The notes: a model not told the origin generated them from the letters alone. Positions 18,099 to 27,584 are shown, counted from the first letter of the stretch. The stretch: 55,151 bases of DNA from Alphaproteobacteria bacterium (GCA_050943575.1 JBMNPL010000003.1:1-55151); one strand, 5' to 3'. Made by a program: numbers and translations.

Positions 18099-18386
18099 TT
18101 AGCGCATCACACCCAACACATCCGTTTCTTTAATCAACACATAATCTTTACCATTTATTTTTACTTCATTTGCTGTTGATGCCCATTTAGCAAACAGAAC
18201 AACATCATTTGGTTTAACAGTCATTGGGATTTTTTTATCTCCGTCATAAGCACCATCACCAACGGCAATAACTTTACCACGCGATGGTTTTTCTTTTGCA
18301 CTATCTGGGATTATAATACCGGATGCGGTTTTATTATCTTCTTCCATACGTTCTAACAAAACATAATTATGTAAAGGTTTTAACAT
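18099..18386 (-). CDS. groS: Co-chaperonin GroES
   Basis: 95 aa: MLKPLHNYVLLERMEE...ASGIIIPDSAKEKPSRGKVIAVG. Confidence 0.96.
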   Translation of the reverse strand: MLKPLHNYVLLERMEEDNKTASGIIIPDSAKEKPSRGKVIAVGDGAYDGDKKIPMTVKPNDVVLFAKWASTANEVKINGKDYVLIKETDVLGVMR

Positions 18387-18420
18387 TTATATCTCCTTGA
18401 ATAATTTATACTACAAAGAT

Positions 18421-18450
18421 TTATATAGTTTATTATTGTATAATTTCAAG
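18421..18450 (-). promoter_or_regulatory. Putative sigma-32 (RpoH)-type heat-shock promoter of groES-groEL
   Basis: The minus strand reads CTTGAAA-N15-CTATATAA, about 35 nt upstream of the groES ATG. This resembles the alphaproteobacterial CTTG-N17/18-CYTATNT consensus. No CIRCE inverted repeat is visible. Confidence 0.35.
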
Positions 18451-18497
18451 TGGTGGCGTTATAATTTTGTGGCTAATTACGCGAAAGGAGGAAAAAT

Positions 18498-18713
18498 ATG
18501 ATTTATAATATTCGTGTTATTACAAATGCTAAAGAATCAAAAGTAATTATGGGCGAATCAATCAAGGTTTATACAACTGCTGTTCCAGAAGATGGCAAGG
18601 CTAATAAAGAAGTGATTAAAATTTTGGCAAAACATTTTAATATTGCAAAATCAAAAATTAAAATAATTCGCGGCGAAACCAAGCGAGATAAAACTATTGA
18701 AATTATGAATTAG
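18498..18713 (+). CDS. DUF167/YggU-family protein
   Basis: 71 aa: ...VYTTAVPEDGKANKEVIKILAKHFNIAKSKIKIIRGETKRDKTIEI matches the YggU pattern (APP-x-GKAN ... GxxSRxK). SD is aaggagg. Confidence 0.8.
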   Translation: MIYNIRVITNAKESKVIMGESIKVYTTAVPEDGKANKEVIKILAKHFNIAKSKIKIIRGETKRDKTIEIMN

Positions 18714-18772
18714 GAGTGTTAATTATATAGCCCTTGTCTGCGCAGGAATGATACAAACCACTATTATTAACC
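18711..18772. repeat. Modular intergenic repeat, locus R4 (fragment)
   Basis: Contains cccttgtctgcgcaggaatgatacaaaccacta, a degenerate half of the ATTCCTGC-N4-GCAGGAATGACAC hairpin module, plus a CCACTA block. It lies between convergent genes. Confidence 0.55.
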
Positions 18773-19309
18773 ATTAATTTTTTCGCGCCCTATATTCCGT
18801 GAGATGCGATTTCTTTTAAAGAATTTTGCTTGTCGCAAAGCATCTTCATATTTTCTAACTGCTTGTCTTGCTTTTATATATGTTTCATAATGTTTCAAAG
18901 CGTTTTGTCCGCTTTTTTCAACAGGAACTAAAACATTATAAATTTCAAGATTTGGGCGTTCTTGCTGTTTCAATAAACCTAATACATCATTAACTTTTAT
19001 TACTAATGTATATACTGAATCTATCTTGGATGTATTTGCTGGCAATCTGGAAAAAATACTATTTCTTATCCGTTCGGGCATTTCATTACCATAAAAATAT
19101 AAACAAGAATCAGCACTAATTTTATAATTATTAAAAGCAGTTGTCTTTTTATTTTCAGCCCTTTGTAAATCTGCTTTGACATGCTTTAAACTTTGACAAG
19201 ACATTGTAAGTATCATCAAAGCACAAATACTTAAAATAACCCTAGTATTAGAATTTATTAAAAATCTATTTACTTTAATCATTACCATAACCTTTATATT
19301 GTTGCACAA
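18767..19309 (-). CDS. Hypothetical secreted protein/lipoprotein
   Basis: 180-aa ORF with several candidate Met starts. The hydrophobic N-terminus ...ILSICALMILTMSCQS is a possible lipobox. Confidence 0.55.
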   Translation of the reverse strand: MCNNIKVMVMIKVNRFLINSNTRVILSICALMILTMSCQSLKHVKADLQRAENKKTTAFNNYKISADSCLYFYGNEMPERIRNSIFSRLPANTSKIDSVYTLVIKVNDVLGLLKQQERPNLEIYNVLVPVEKSGQNALKHYETYIKARQAVRKYEDALRQAKFFKRNRISRNIGREKING

Positions 19310-19351
19310 TAATATAAATTAAAACTATTATTTGTCAAGAATAATAAATAA

Positions 19352-19582
19352 TGGTTAGTAATTAGTGGTTAATGTTTGTGAGGTTGTGTCATTCCTGCGT
19401 AGGCAGGAATAAGGCTTATCTAGTGTTAGTGGTTTGTGTTTGTGATAATTGATTGTATAAAAATATATTTTTACTAATTACGAATATATTACAAATCAAG
19501 AAATTAAAGATTTTTAAGACCCTCTCCTGCCTACGCAGGAGTGACACAATGGAGATTGCGAGGAGTGATACTAACCACTAAT
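19352..19582. repeat. Modular intergenic repeat, locus R5
   Basis: Block tggttagtaattagtggttaatgtttgtg, hairpin attcctgc-gtag-gcaggaat (19391-19410), block tagtgttagtggtttgtgtttgtg, inverted hairpin ctcctgc-ctac-gcaggag (19524-19541), and terminal ctaaccactaat overlapping the stop codon of the 990-aa ORF. Confidence 0.9.
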
Positions 19583-22550
19583 AACTTATAAACAAATTAT
19601 TATTATCGGCTGATGGCCAACCATCAATTTTATCACAACCAGATACATTACAATCACCTGTGCCATTTAATCTCCAACACTCTGCGGCAAAATCAAATAT
19701 ACAAGTTGTGCCGGTTAAAATATTCAAAGAGTAATAATTGTTTGGCTCAGCAGGTGGTGTACCTGACGAATAATTTGGATTTCTGTATGTACCATTTGTT
19801 TTATTTATAACAACCCAACGACCAGAACAATTTATAGTATCACCATAGGGATATTCATTTGTTGATGGACTTCCTGAAATTATTCCACCAACACAAACTA
19901 AAAAGTTCATCCCTGGTTTATACCCTGGTATTGATGATGCTTCAGGAATCAAGAAAGCGACTGCAAATTCATTGTCATCACTTGATGAACATATCTTATA
20001 TTCTCCCTGCTCATCAGATTCACCTGAATAACTTGCAGTGGCAGCAAAATTTAAGTTCGAAACTGATTTACTATTATTTGCACCGCAACAATTATTAAAA
20101 TAATCCGTACTATTATTACCTGCACAACAATTTGACCAACCTGCACCCTCCACCCAATCTCCTGTAGAGTAATTAACCGGATCTGAGAAGGATGATTCGG
20201 GATTAACAATATTAAATAAATTTAAAGGACTATCATTAGAGTTTACACAATATGTAATATCACTGGCTAATTGATCATCTGTAGAGCACCCATTGTTAGA
20301 AAGTATATATCCTGGATTACACGTTGAACCATTACAAGATTGATTAGTATTTTCTGCAAACCATGCTAATAAACTATCACTTTGCAAACCGGTATTTAAA
20401 ATTAAACTGTCGCTAATACTAGGACTCTTTGAACAATTACCCCAAATACGTTCTGTAATACGACACAAATCTGCATAAATATTAGAATTATTTGCGCACC
20501 ATAAATGCATACTTGTCGATTGTGCAAGAGTTGTAGTGCCTGATATTGGATCACGAGTATAACTTCCATTACCAACAAAAGTTTCAACATATACACCATT
20601 TTCATTTAAGGAACCAAATTTACCAATATTTGTCATAATATTTGAAATAACTGGTGTACCGGCGGCTGCAACACATTCTTGTACTTCACCCCAACAAGGA
20701 TTATCAATATTAAGATTTAAAAGATTTGTTCGTATAATTGATGTTTCGGATTGACATAAACCAAACTTGGATTCCAAATTCATACAATTACGGATTATAC
20801 AATTTTTACCAACTTCAGTACATGTAGTAATAATTTGATCCAAAGTTTTAGCCGTAGCTATATTTCCAATCGCTTCACCCCAATAACCATCTGTTTCCTG
20901 ACCATTTATTAATGCAGTACAAGCAGTTTTAACATCCGCACAAACTTGATTAACATTCTTATCATAGCTAACACCAAAAATTGAAAGTGCACGAGAATCA
21001 AAATCAACCAAAGAGCCCGAAGTATTCATCATACATTGTGTTGTGATTGTTGTGCAACTTTGCCGCATATCTTCTAATTTTTGTTCCTGTGCTAATTTTA
21101 TTTGTGCCAACGCATCTTCTAAAAAAGATGCCCAAACAACAGACCCCAACGATTCACAATTTTTCATTGATGGTTCTAAGTATTTTTTCTTGGATTCTAA
21201 AAATGTTACAAATTTTTTATTTTGACCCGCTTTACTCCATTTTTCATTACCAGTCGGACGAGTAATCATATCCCCCAATTGACTTAAATCACTTGTTAAT
21301 ATCGCTGAACCAGTCGCAGGATTAATATATTTACCCGACCAATCTAAACATTTACCCATATCCTTGCCACAAACTGATGAATCAGATAAGGCATCCAGCA
21401 TTTTTTTCTTGCATGCTAAAATATCATCAGAATTGCGAGTTTGCTGATTGTTTAATCTTGACATTTCCAGCAATGCGCCGCCTTCGCGAACCTTTTCTAA
21501 AGTTTTATCTTTTAATCCAGCATAAGTTTTTGAAACAGTATTACAATCTTGTTCTATAGCAGCAGTATAAGCATTTTGAGCAATTGGAATTTCGTCCGGT
21601 TCACAAACTTCCGCTGCCATTTCTAGACATGTTGGCAATGCCGCTTTATAAAGATTTTCACCTTCTTTAACCGTTGTTTCAATTCCCATTTCTGGATCAA
21701 TCGTATCAAAAACATTTGTGTCCATTGATAAACTCATCGCAGAAAAATTATTTGCAGATTGAGTATCCGCATTTGCAGATTTTAATTTTTTCATAATCGT
21801 GTTTAATATATTTTTTGAATCTGATTTATCATCTTGCTGAAATGCTAATTCACCTTCGGTAGCAATAGACATTGCAGCAGCATCTTCTTTATCCATATTA
21901 ACAGCCAACAAGCGCTCATTAAAATCTAATAATTTTTGCTCCACCGTATTCAAAGTTTTTTTAATATTATCAAATTCATGTATTCGTGCTGAACAAGCAC
22001 AACGTTTTAATTGTGCATCTTTATTAGCACAAAATTCATCCATACATTGAAAAAAAGTGTCGCGACATAATTTATATCCCGTTGCAGGCTTGCCAATTGT
22101 GCGCGTTGAACTAACACCCGAACGTGCAACCATTGCACTGCGTGGAACCGATAATGTGCCAACACGAGTAGGATTTTTAATAGCACGTCCACCAACATGT
22201 GTGCTTGCAATATTAGTATCAGGGTTACGTGATTTAACCGATGGATTAACTGCTGATCGTGATAAAACTTCACGCGGTTGAGCCACCTGTGCAACCGCAG
22301 CGCGCGTTTTTACATTCGCAGCCGCACGTGGTACCGTGCCACGCACTGATGTTTGTTGATTTGATTTTGTTGTTGATGATTGTTGATGTGCCCTTTGTTC
22401 ACGACTATCCGCCCTGCTGGATGTAGTTGATGTATTTATAATTGATGCACCACGCACTGCTGCACGTGCTGAATCAACATCTTCGGCACGCACAAAACCT
22501 GTGCAAAACAGCATTGCACAAAAAGCAAAGACTAACGGCTTTTTCATCAT
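19578..22550 (-). CDS. Large secreted Cys-rich protein (family A paralogue, 990 aa)
   Basis: Signal peptide MMKKPLVFAFCAMLFCTGFVRA, then an Arg/Ala/Ser/Val-rich low-complexity region. Next come YKLCRDTFFQCMDEFCANKDAQLKRCAC and many further Cys pairs. The C-terminus is N/S/G/C-rich. Confidence 0.85.
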   Translation of the reverse strand: MMKKPLVFAFCAMLFCTGFVRAEDVDSARAAVRGASIINTSTTSSRADSREQRAHQQSSTTKSNQQTSVRGTVPRAAANVKTRAAVAQVAQPREVLSRSAVNPSVKSRNPDTNIASTHVGGRAIKNPTRVGTLSVPRSAMVARSGVSSTRTIGKPATGYKLCRDTFFQCMDEFCANKDAQLKRCACSARIHEFDNIKKTLNTVEQKLLDFNERLLAVNMDKEDAAAMSIATEGELAFQQDDKSDSKNILNTIMKKLKSANADTQSANNFSAMSLSMDTNVFDTIDPEMGIETTVKEGENLYKAALPTCLEMAAEVCEPDEIPIAQNAYTAAIEQDCNTVSKTYAGLKDKTLEKVREGGALLEMSRLNNQQTRNSDDILACKKKMLDALSDSSVCGKDMGKCLDWSGKYINPATGSAILTSDLSQLGDMITRPTGNEKWSKAGQNKKFVTFLESKKKYLEPSMKNCESLGSVVWASFLEDALAQIKLAQEQKLEDMRQSCTTITTQCMMNTSGSLVDFDSRALSIFGVSYDKNVNQVCADVKTACTALINGQETDGYWGEAIGNIATAKTLDQIITTCTEVGKNCIIRNCMNLESKFGLCQSETSIIRTNLLNLNIDNPCWGEVQECVAAAGTPVISNIMTNIGKFGSLNENGVYVETFVGNGSYTRDPISGTTTLAQSTSMHLWCANNSNIYADLCRITERIWGNCSKSPSISDSLILNTGLQSDSLLAWFAENTNQSCNGSTCNPGYILSNNGCSTDDQLASDITYCVNSNDSPLNLFNIVNPESSFSDPVNYSTGDWVEGAGWSNCCAGNNSTDYFNNCCGANNSKSVSNLNFAATASYSGESDEQGEYKICSSSDDNEFAVAFLIPEASSIPGYKPGMNFLVCVGGIISGSPSTNEYPYGDTINCSGRWVVINKTNGTYRNPNYSSGTPPAEPNNYYSLNILTGTTCIFDFAAECWRLNGTGDCNVSGCDKIDGWPSADNNNLFISY

Positions 22551-22592
22551 ACTACTAAAATATTAGCAAAAATAAAGATTTGGGTGCAAGGG

Positions 22593-25500
22593 TTAAATAC
22601 CAACAGAATGTTTTATTTTTAACATAAATATAGATTCATCCCCGAATTGATTAGTATGGTCTGGATTTATACGATAAACAAAACCAAGTGCGCCTGTTGT
22701 TGCTCTGCCTAACTGGCTGCGATATGCTAATGAAAATCTTGTTTCACGAACATTGGGCGCTAAATCAAAACTTGCTATATAAGGCGTTGTATTTAATTCA
22801 TACCCACCATCATTTTCAGTAATTTCATAATCCATTGTGGCATATTGCATATTACCAGAACGCACCGCCAAAGGTTGTGTAATTGCAAAAGACCAATTTT
22901 TATAATCAGCAGAGATTGCGAACGAATTTGATTGAATTTCTGATAATCCTAAAATTATATCTCCGTTTGGATTTGCACGAGTATTTACAAATGTAGAACG
23001 TGCAGTTAAAGTTAGCGAATCGGATGGTGAAAACATCAAAGTAGTATCAAGATAAATTGTATTTCCTCCGCCCAGTTCTAATAACCCATTTGAGTATGCA
23101 CCCAGCAATGTATTGTTTTCATGTGCTGTTCCGAAAGAGGTTTTAATAGCGAACTTTTCACCAGTGAAGCCGACCGTGCTTTCGGCGCCTTGGATTAAGC
23201 CTAATTTTTGTGATTCATACATTCCAGAAATTGCAGGGTCTGATTCTAATAATTGTTCGTCTGTGATTTTTCCGCTAAATGCTTTCATACCCACATTCCA
23301 CGCGCCACTAATCCAATTTGCGCCGGTTGATATTGCGTCTGATGCCAATGATAGCACTGGATTTGAGCCGTCTCCGCGTAATACAATATTATCCGAATCG
23401 TTTAAATGATGTTTATATTCGGCGTTTAGTTTCCAATTACCCAATTCATAACCAAATGACATTTCAGATAACCCATTCATATTGATTGTTCTGTTCGATT
23501 CGGAAAATTTCATACTGGTTGAAAATCCATTTAAATTTTGCTCTATTTTATTATTTTTTTGAGTTTCAAAATCACCCAAAACATCACCCAGATAAATTCC
23601 ACGACGATTTCCCGATAATGCAAAATTATTTTCAAATATACGCGGTAAAGTCAAACTACCATCTGCTGATTGTATATAATCCCAAGTTGGTACCGATATA
23701 GATGCACCGCGAGCACCAAAAGCACCCGATAAAGAAAGTCCAGTTTGATGAGCAGTTCCCGCACTAGCAGAACGCCATTGTCCGCCAGTAATAGATGTTG
23801 TTCCAGTTGAATAATATATAGTTGTTCCTGGTTTTGTTGCGCGTTCTAGATTTACCAATCCGTATCCAAATACTTCGGCAAAAACATCTAGATAATCTTC
23901 TCCATTTGTAACCCGCATATTAAATTCTGGTGGTAATACATATTTATTAGATAAAAAGTCTATTAATTCTTCTTTGGTTTTTGGGGTATTATTTGTATTT
24001 GTCGGCGCTAATAAAGTTCCATCACTAGTTAATGCTAGAAGTGTGAAAATTTGATTAGAATTCATATATGGGAATGCACCCTTTATCGTGGCAACAGCGC
24101 CAGCCATTGCTGATACGGCTTGCTCGCCCGTACTGCCAGCGGCTGCGAAACACCAAGGATCTATATTGCCGGTACCCTTGCCTGCCATACCACATGCACG
24201 CGAAGCATACTCGTTTCCATCAGTCCCTTGTTGATACGAAGCCAAAGTTATTTTTCCTGTGGTAGTATTTCCCTCTATCCCTGAAACAGAATCAATACCA
24301 GATGTTCCATTTAGCGTTTGAACCGCAACAACTGACATAAATTTGTGATTCAAATTAGTCCATAATGCTGGTGCAAGATTTTCAAATGTGGGGCCTAGAA
24401 TACTTAAACTTTTACCTTCGCCAAGTCCCCAATTAAATTCACCAGTTGAGTAAATTAAAATTGGCGACCAAAAACCACCCATACCACCAAATAAATTACC
24501 CGCATCATTTCCTGGAATAGATGTATCTGAGGTGTTTTGATTATAATAACTATTTATAAGACTCAAAAAAATAGATTGTTTCGCAGAAATAGTTTCACCA
24601 ACAGAAATTGCTACCAGCGCATCATTTATTGTTGCCGCATTATTATTACGTAATGGCTGAATTATTGATGAATTTGCAATTACATCTACGACTCTATTTC
24701 CACTCTCACTTAAACTTGCAGAATTTAACATTGCTTGATAATTTAAATAATCTGCGGTTGTTAATTGACCAGAAATAACCAAGTTATTTGTATCTGTATC
24801 TAAAGAATAAATATTTGTTGCCCCGCCCCCTGCATCAATATATAACAAGTTATCAATACCAACAATACCTGTAAATCCATGTGCTCCTGTCGCGGTAAAA
24901 GTTTTGGTATTTGAATCATAAATTACTGTATGTTCTTCTCCGTCTATATCTAGAAAAGCAATTGTTTCAAAAGAATTATTATCTGCGGTACCCAGAATTG
25001 TTCCAGTGTCATCCTCGGTCCAGAGTTTTCCAGCACCTGTTCTATAAACAAGCAATTGGCTATTTGGTGCAAATCCATAATAATCACCAGACGCACGGCC
25101 GCCAAATTCCCAACCAGCAATGATTTTTGCCAACGAAGAATCTATATCTGATGCATATTGATTAAATACAGTGCCATATCCAGATAAATCATATATAGGA
25201 TTTTCAGAACCACCATCTTTTTCATTATTATAATATTTATCAACAGCATAAGTTGTTGAATCTGCAGCCGCACTGGTTGCATAATCTATATTTCCACGAA
25301 CCGCACTACCACCCGTCGAATTAATTCCATTACTTGTTATTAATGCTGTTAAAACTGGACGACCACCACCTGTATCATTTAACATAGCAACAGGTGCATA
25401 TTTACCAGATGCCCCCAAACGAAATGTTCTTTGTCCCAAGTATCCACGTGCTAATGGGGAATAACCGCGCATTAATAATAAATAATTTTGTCTGTTATCC

Positions 25501-26129
25501 GAGGACATAAAATTAAAATCTTCATAATATGGATGATTATCAGAATTGCTATAAAAATCTAGTTCATAATTTGTTCCACTGGGACCTGACGGCAATGCAC
25601 CCAATTCCCATGCTGTTGTTGTTGGGGTTGTTGTTCCGCCACTGGAACCACTACCATGCCCGCCTGAATTTCCAGCACCTGTATTTTTTGAACTGCCAGA
25701 TGATGATGAAGATAACATTGCCACACCACCAATTACTGCCGCGGCACCACCTGCCATTAATACCATATTTTGTGGTGTTGATAATCCGCTAAAAAAACCT
25801 TTGGAAGATTTACCAGCTGATTGTTTTTGATGATATTTTTTTATTTGTTGATCACAATTTGACGCGTCTGCACCATAGGCTTGTAAAATTTGAGCGGTAT
25901 GAATATCATTATTATTTATTGCGGTACAAACTATTGATAATCCTGTACTATCTATATAATTTATATTTACACCCGAACGAACCAAGGCATCAACTGTTCT
26001 GGTATCACCTGCCCTGGCGGCTGCTAATAATCGTGCGGCATCTGAAAATTCTGCACGCGCATGATTTGGCATAAAAAATAATATGCTGTTAATAATTAAA
26101 AACGAATAAATAAAGGGTTTAATTTTCAT
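22593..26129 (-). CDS. Autotransporter-like outer-membrane protein with N-terminal ankyrin repeat
   Basis: 1178 aa. Signal peptide FLIINSILFFMPNHARA precedes an ankyrin-type repeat (AARAGDTRTVDALVRSGVNINYIDSTGLSIVCTAINNNDIHTAQILQAYGADAS). A glycine-zipper segment MVLMAGGAAAVIGGVAML and a G/S linker come next. A long G/T/S/N-rich passenger follows. The last ~280 aa have alternating beta-strand character. Confidence 0.65.
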   Translation of the reverse strand: MKIKPFIYSFLIINSILFFMPNHARAEFSDAARLLAAARAGDTRTVDALVRSGVNINYIDSTGLSIVCTAINNNDIHTAQILQAYGADASNCDQQIKKYHQKQSAGKSSKGFFSGLSTPQNMVLMAGGAAAVIGGVAMLSSSSSGSSKNTGAGNSGGHGSGSSGGTTTPTTTAWELGALPSGPSGTNYELDFYSNSDNHPYYEDFNFMSSDNRQNYLLLMRGYSPLARGYLGQRTFRLGASGKYAPVAMLNDTGGGRPVLTALITSNGINSTGGSAVRGNIDYATSAAADSTTYAVDKYYNNEKDGGSENPIYDLSGYGTVFNQYASDIDSSLAKIIAGWEFGGRASGDYYGFAPNSQLLVYRTGAGKLWTEDDTGTILGTADNNSFETIAFLDIDGEEHTVIYDSNTKTFTATGAHGFTGIVGIDNLLYIDAGGGATNIYSLDTDTNNLVISGQLTTADYLNYQAMLNSASLSESGNRVVDVIANSSIIQPLRNNNAATINDALVAISVGETISAKQSIFLSLINSYYNQNTSDTSIPGNDAGNLFGGMGGFWSPILIYSTGEFNWGLGEGKSLSILGPTFENLAPALWTNLNHKFMSVVAVQTLNGTSGIDSVSGIEGNTTTGKITLASYQQGTDGNEYASRACGMAGKGTGNIDPWCFAAAGSTGEQAVSAMAGAVATIKGAFPYMNSNQIFTLLALTSDGTLLAPTNTNNTPKTKEELIDFLSNKYVLPPEFNMRVTNGEDYLDVFAEVFGYGLVNLERATKPGTTIYYSTGTTSITGGQWRSASAGTAHQTGLSLSGAFGARGASISVPTWDYIQSADGSLTLPRIFENNFALSGNRRGIYLGDVLGDFETQKNNKIEQNLNGFSTSMKFSESNRTINMNGLSEMSFGYELGNWKLNAEYKHHLNDSDNIVLRGDGSNPVLSLASDAISTGANWISGAWNVGMKAFSGKITDEQLLESDPAISGMYESQKLGLIQGAESTVGFTGEKFAIKTSFGTAHENNTLLGAYSNGLLELGGGNTIYLDTTLMFSPSDSLTLTARSTFVNTRANPNGDIILGLSEIQSNSFAISADYKNWSFAITQPLAVRSGNMQYATMDYEITENDGGYELNTTPYIASFDLAPNVRETRFSLAYRSQLGRATTGALGFVYRINPDHTNQFGDESIFMLKIKHSVGI

Positions 26130-26192
26130 TAAACATTCTCTCTTTTGACATTATAGTAAAAAAATCAAAAATAAGTAAAGAGAAAAGTTGCT

Positions 26193-26375
26193 TTTAGTGT
26201 TAGTGATAATGGTTTGTGTTTGTGGGGTTGGAGAAGTAAAGAATACTAACACTAATCACGAACACAAACACTAATCAGGTTTTAAGCCCTATTTCTGCCT
26301 GCGCAGGAATGACACAGAGTTTTATCCTAACCACTAACCACAAACACTAACACTAATAATTAACACTAATCACTA
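26193..26375. repeat. Modular intergenic repeat, locus R6
   Basis: ttagtgttagtgataatggtttgtgtttgtggggttggagaagtaaagaatact, inverted block aacactaatcacgaacacaaacactaatc, hairpin atttctgc-ctgc-gcaggaat (26291-26310), and terminal cctaaccactaaccacaaacactaacactaat... running into the grpE stop codon. Confidence 0.9.
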
Positions 26376-26855
26376 TTTTGCGACTATTACCATTGCTGTT
26401 CTTAAAATATTATCCCCCAGCATATAACCAGATTGAAATTCGCTAATTATTGTGCCAGATGGTTTATCAGATGCTTCGGTTTGAATTGCATTATGTAATT
26501 TTGGATTTAATATCTGCCCTATGGTTTCTATCTTTTTTATATTGGCACTTTCCAACGAACCATTTGCCGCCAACATCAAAGATTGAAAATCTTTATTATT
26601 TGGCTGTTGTTCCAACGCTACACAAATCGCATCAACTAATGGTAAAAATTTTTCCGCAATAGAAATTGCACGAACACGTGCTGCGGATTGAGCATCCATA
26701 GTTGCACGACGTCTGGTGTTTTCTAATTCCGCCATTGCACGTAAATACTTGTCATTTAATTCCGCTATTTTTAATTGTAATTCTTCGGCTTCAGAAATTT
26801 TTTTATCTGTTTTTTCTGTTTTATCTTCTTTTGGAGTATTTTTTTTATCTTTCAT
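26373..26855 (-). CDS. grpE: Nucleotide exchange factor GrpE
   Basis: 160 aa with an N-terminal charged coiled coil (LQLKIAELNDKYLRAMAELENTRRR) and a C-terminal beta domain (GTIISEFQSGYMLGDNILRTAMVIVAK). Confidence 0.9.
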   Translation of the reverse strand: MKDKKNTPKEDKTEKTDKKISEAEELQLKIAELNDKYLRAMAELENTRRRATMDAQSAARVRAISIAEKFLPLVDAICVALEQQPNNKDFQSLMLAANGSLESANIKKIETIGQILNPKLHNAIQTEASDKPSGTIISEFQSGYMLGDNILRTAMVIVAK

Positions 26856-26885
26856 ATTTTATACCTTCATAAATTTATTATTTAA

Positions 26886-27584
26886 TTAATCTATACTATT
26901 TATTATAGATACAAACTCGTCTATTTTCAAGGATGCCCCACCAATTAATACACCACTTACATTTTTAATAGATAAAATTTGCCCAGAATTTGAAGCATTT
27001 ACAGACCCACCATATAAAATTGGCGCGCTTGTCAATTCAGCAATTCGTGTATGTATTTGTTCTATTTCTGGGACAGATGGAACAAACCCTGTTCCAATTG
27101 CCCAAACAGGCTCGTAAGCAATTATAAAATTTGATAATCCCGCAGGGATAGAATTTTTAATTTGTGTTTCAATAATCTTTAATGTTTGTCCGTTTTCTTT
27201 ATTTGTTAAATCTTCCCCAACACAAATAATTGGTATTAAACCAGCCTGAGTTGCCCTTGTGCTGCTGATAGCAACCGTTTCATTAGTTTCATCATGATAT
27301 TTTCGCCGTTCACTATGCCCAATAATTACGTATTTTGCGCCTGTATCCGCAATCATTGTGGCTGAAATATCACCAGTATATGCCCCATTTTCATTTATAC
27401 TGCAATTTTGAGCACCCAAATCTATATTATTTGGTTTATTTAATCCCGTATTTAATAATGTAAAAGGTGGGCAAATTATAATTTTATTATTTGTTTGAAT
27501 ATCGCCCAATTTATCGTAAAATTCACGCAGCATAGAAACACTGCCGTTCATTTTCCAATTCCCTATGATAAATTTCATTTGCAT
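26886..27584 (-). CDS. tpiA: Triosephosphate isomerase
   Basis: IIGNWKMNG, IIGHSERR, AYEPVWAIGTG and ILYGGSV motifs. The start may be the third codon (MKF...). Confidence 0.95.
   Translation of the reverse strand: MQMKFIIGNWKMNGSVSMLREFYDKLGDIQTNNKIIICPPFTLLNTGLNKPNNIDLGAQNCSINENGAYTGDISATMIADTGAKYVIIGHSERRKYHDETNETVAISSTRATQAGLIPIICVGEDLTNKENGQTLKIIETQIKNSIPAGLSNFIIAYEPVWAIGTGFVPSVPEIEQIHTRIAELTSAPILYGGSVNASNSGQILSIKNVSGVLIGGASLKIDEFVSIINSID

Noticed and set aside
22593-26129. Subtilase (S8) protease domain in the autotransporter passenger
   Set aside because: I noticed weak resemblances: AHGFTGIVG to the His motif, AVSAMAGAVATIKGAFPYM to the GTSxAxPxVxG Ser motif, and ALITSNGI at a possible Asp-motif position where the Asp is missing. 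The spacing is atypical and the triad is incomplete. This is not supportable without an HMM search.
26193-26375. Possibility that the GTTAGTG/GTTTGTG blocks are a CRISPR array or telomere-like tandem repeat
   Set aside because: The units are only ~7 nt and degenerate. They lack regular repeat-spacer periodicity and occur as short inverted blocks at many loci. No cas genes are present. The pattern does not fit CRISPR or simple satellite structure.
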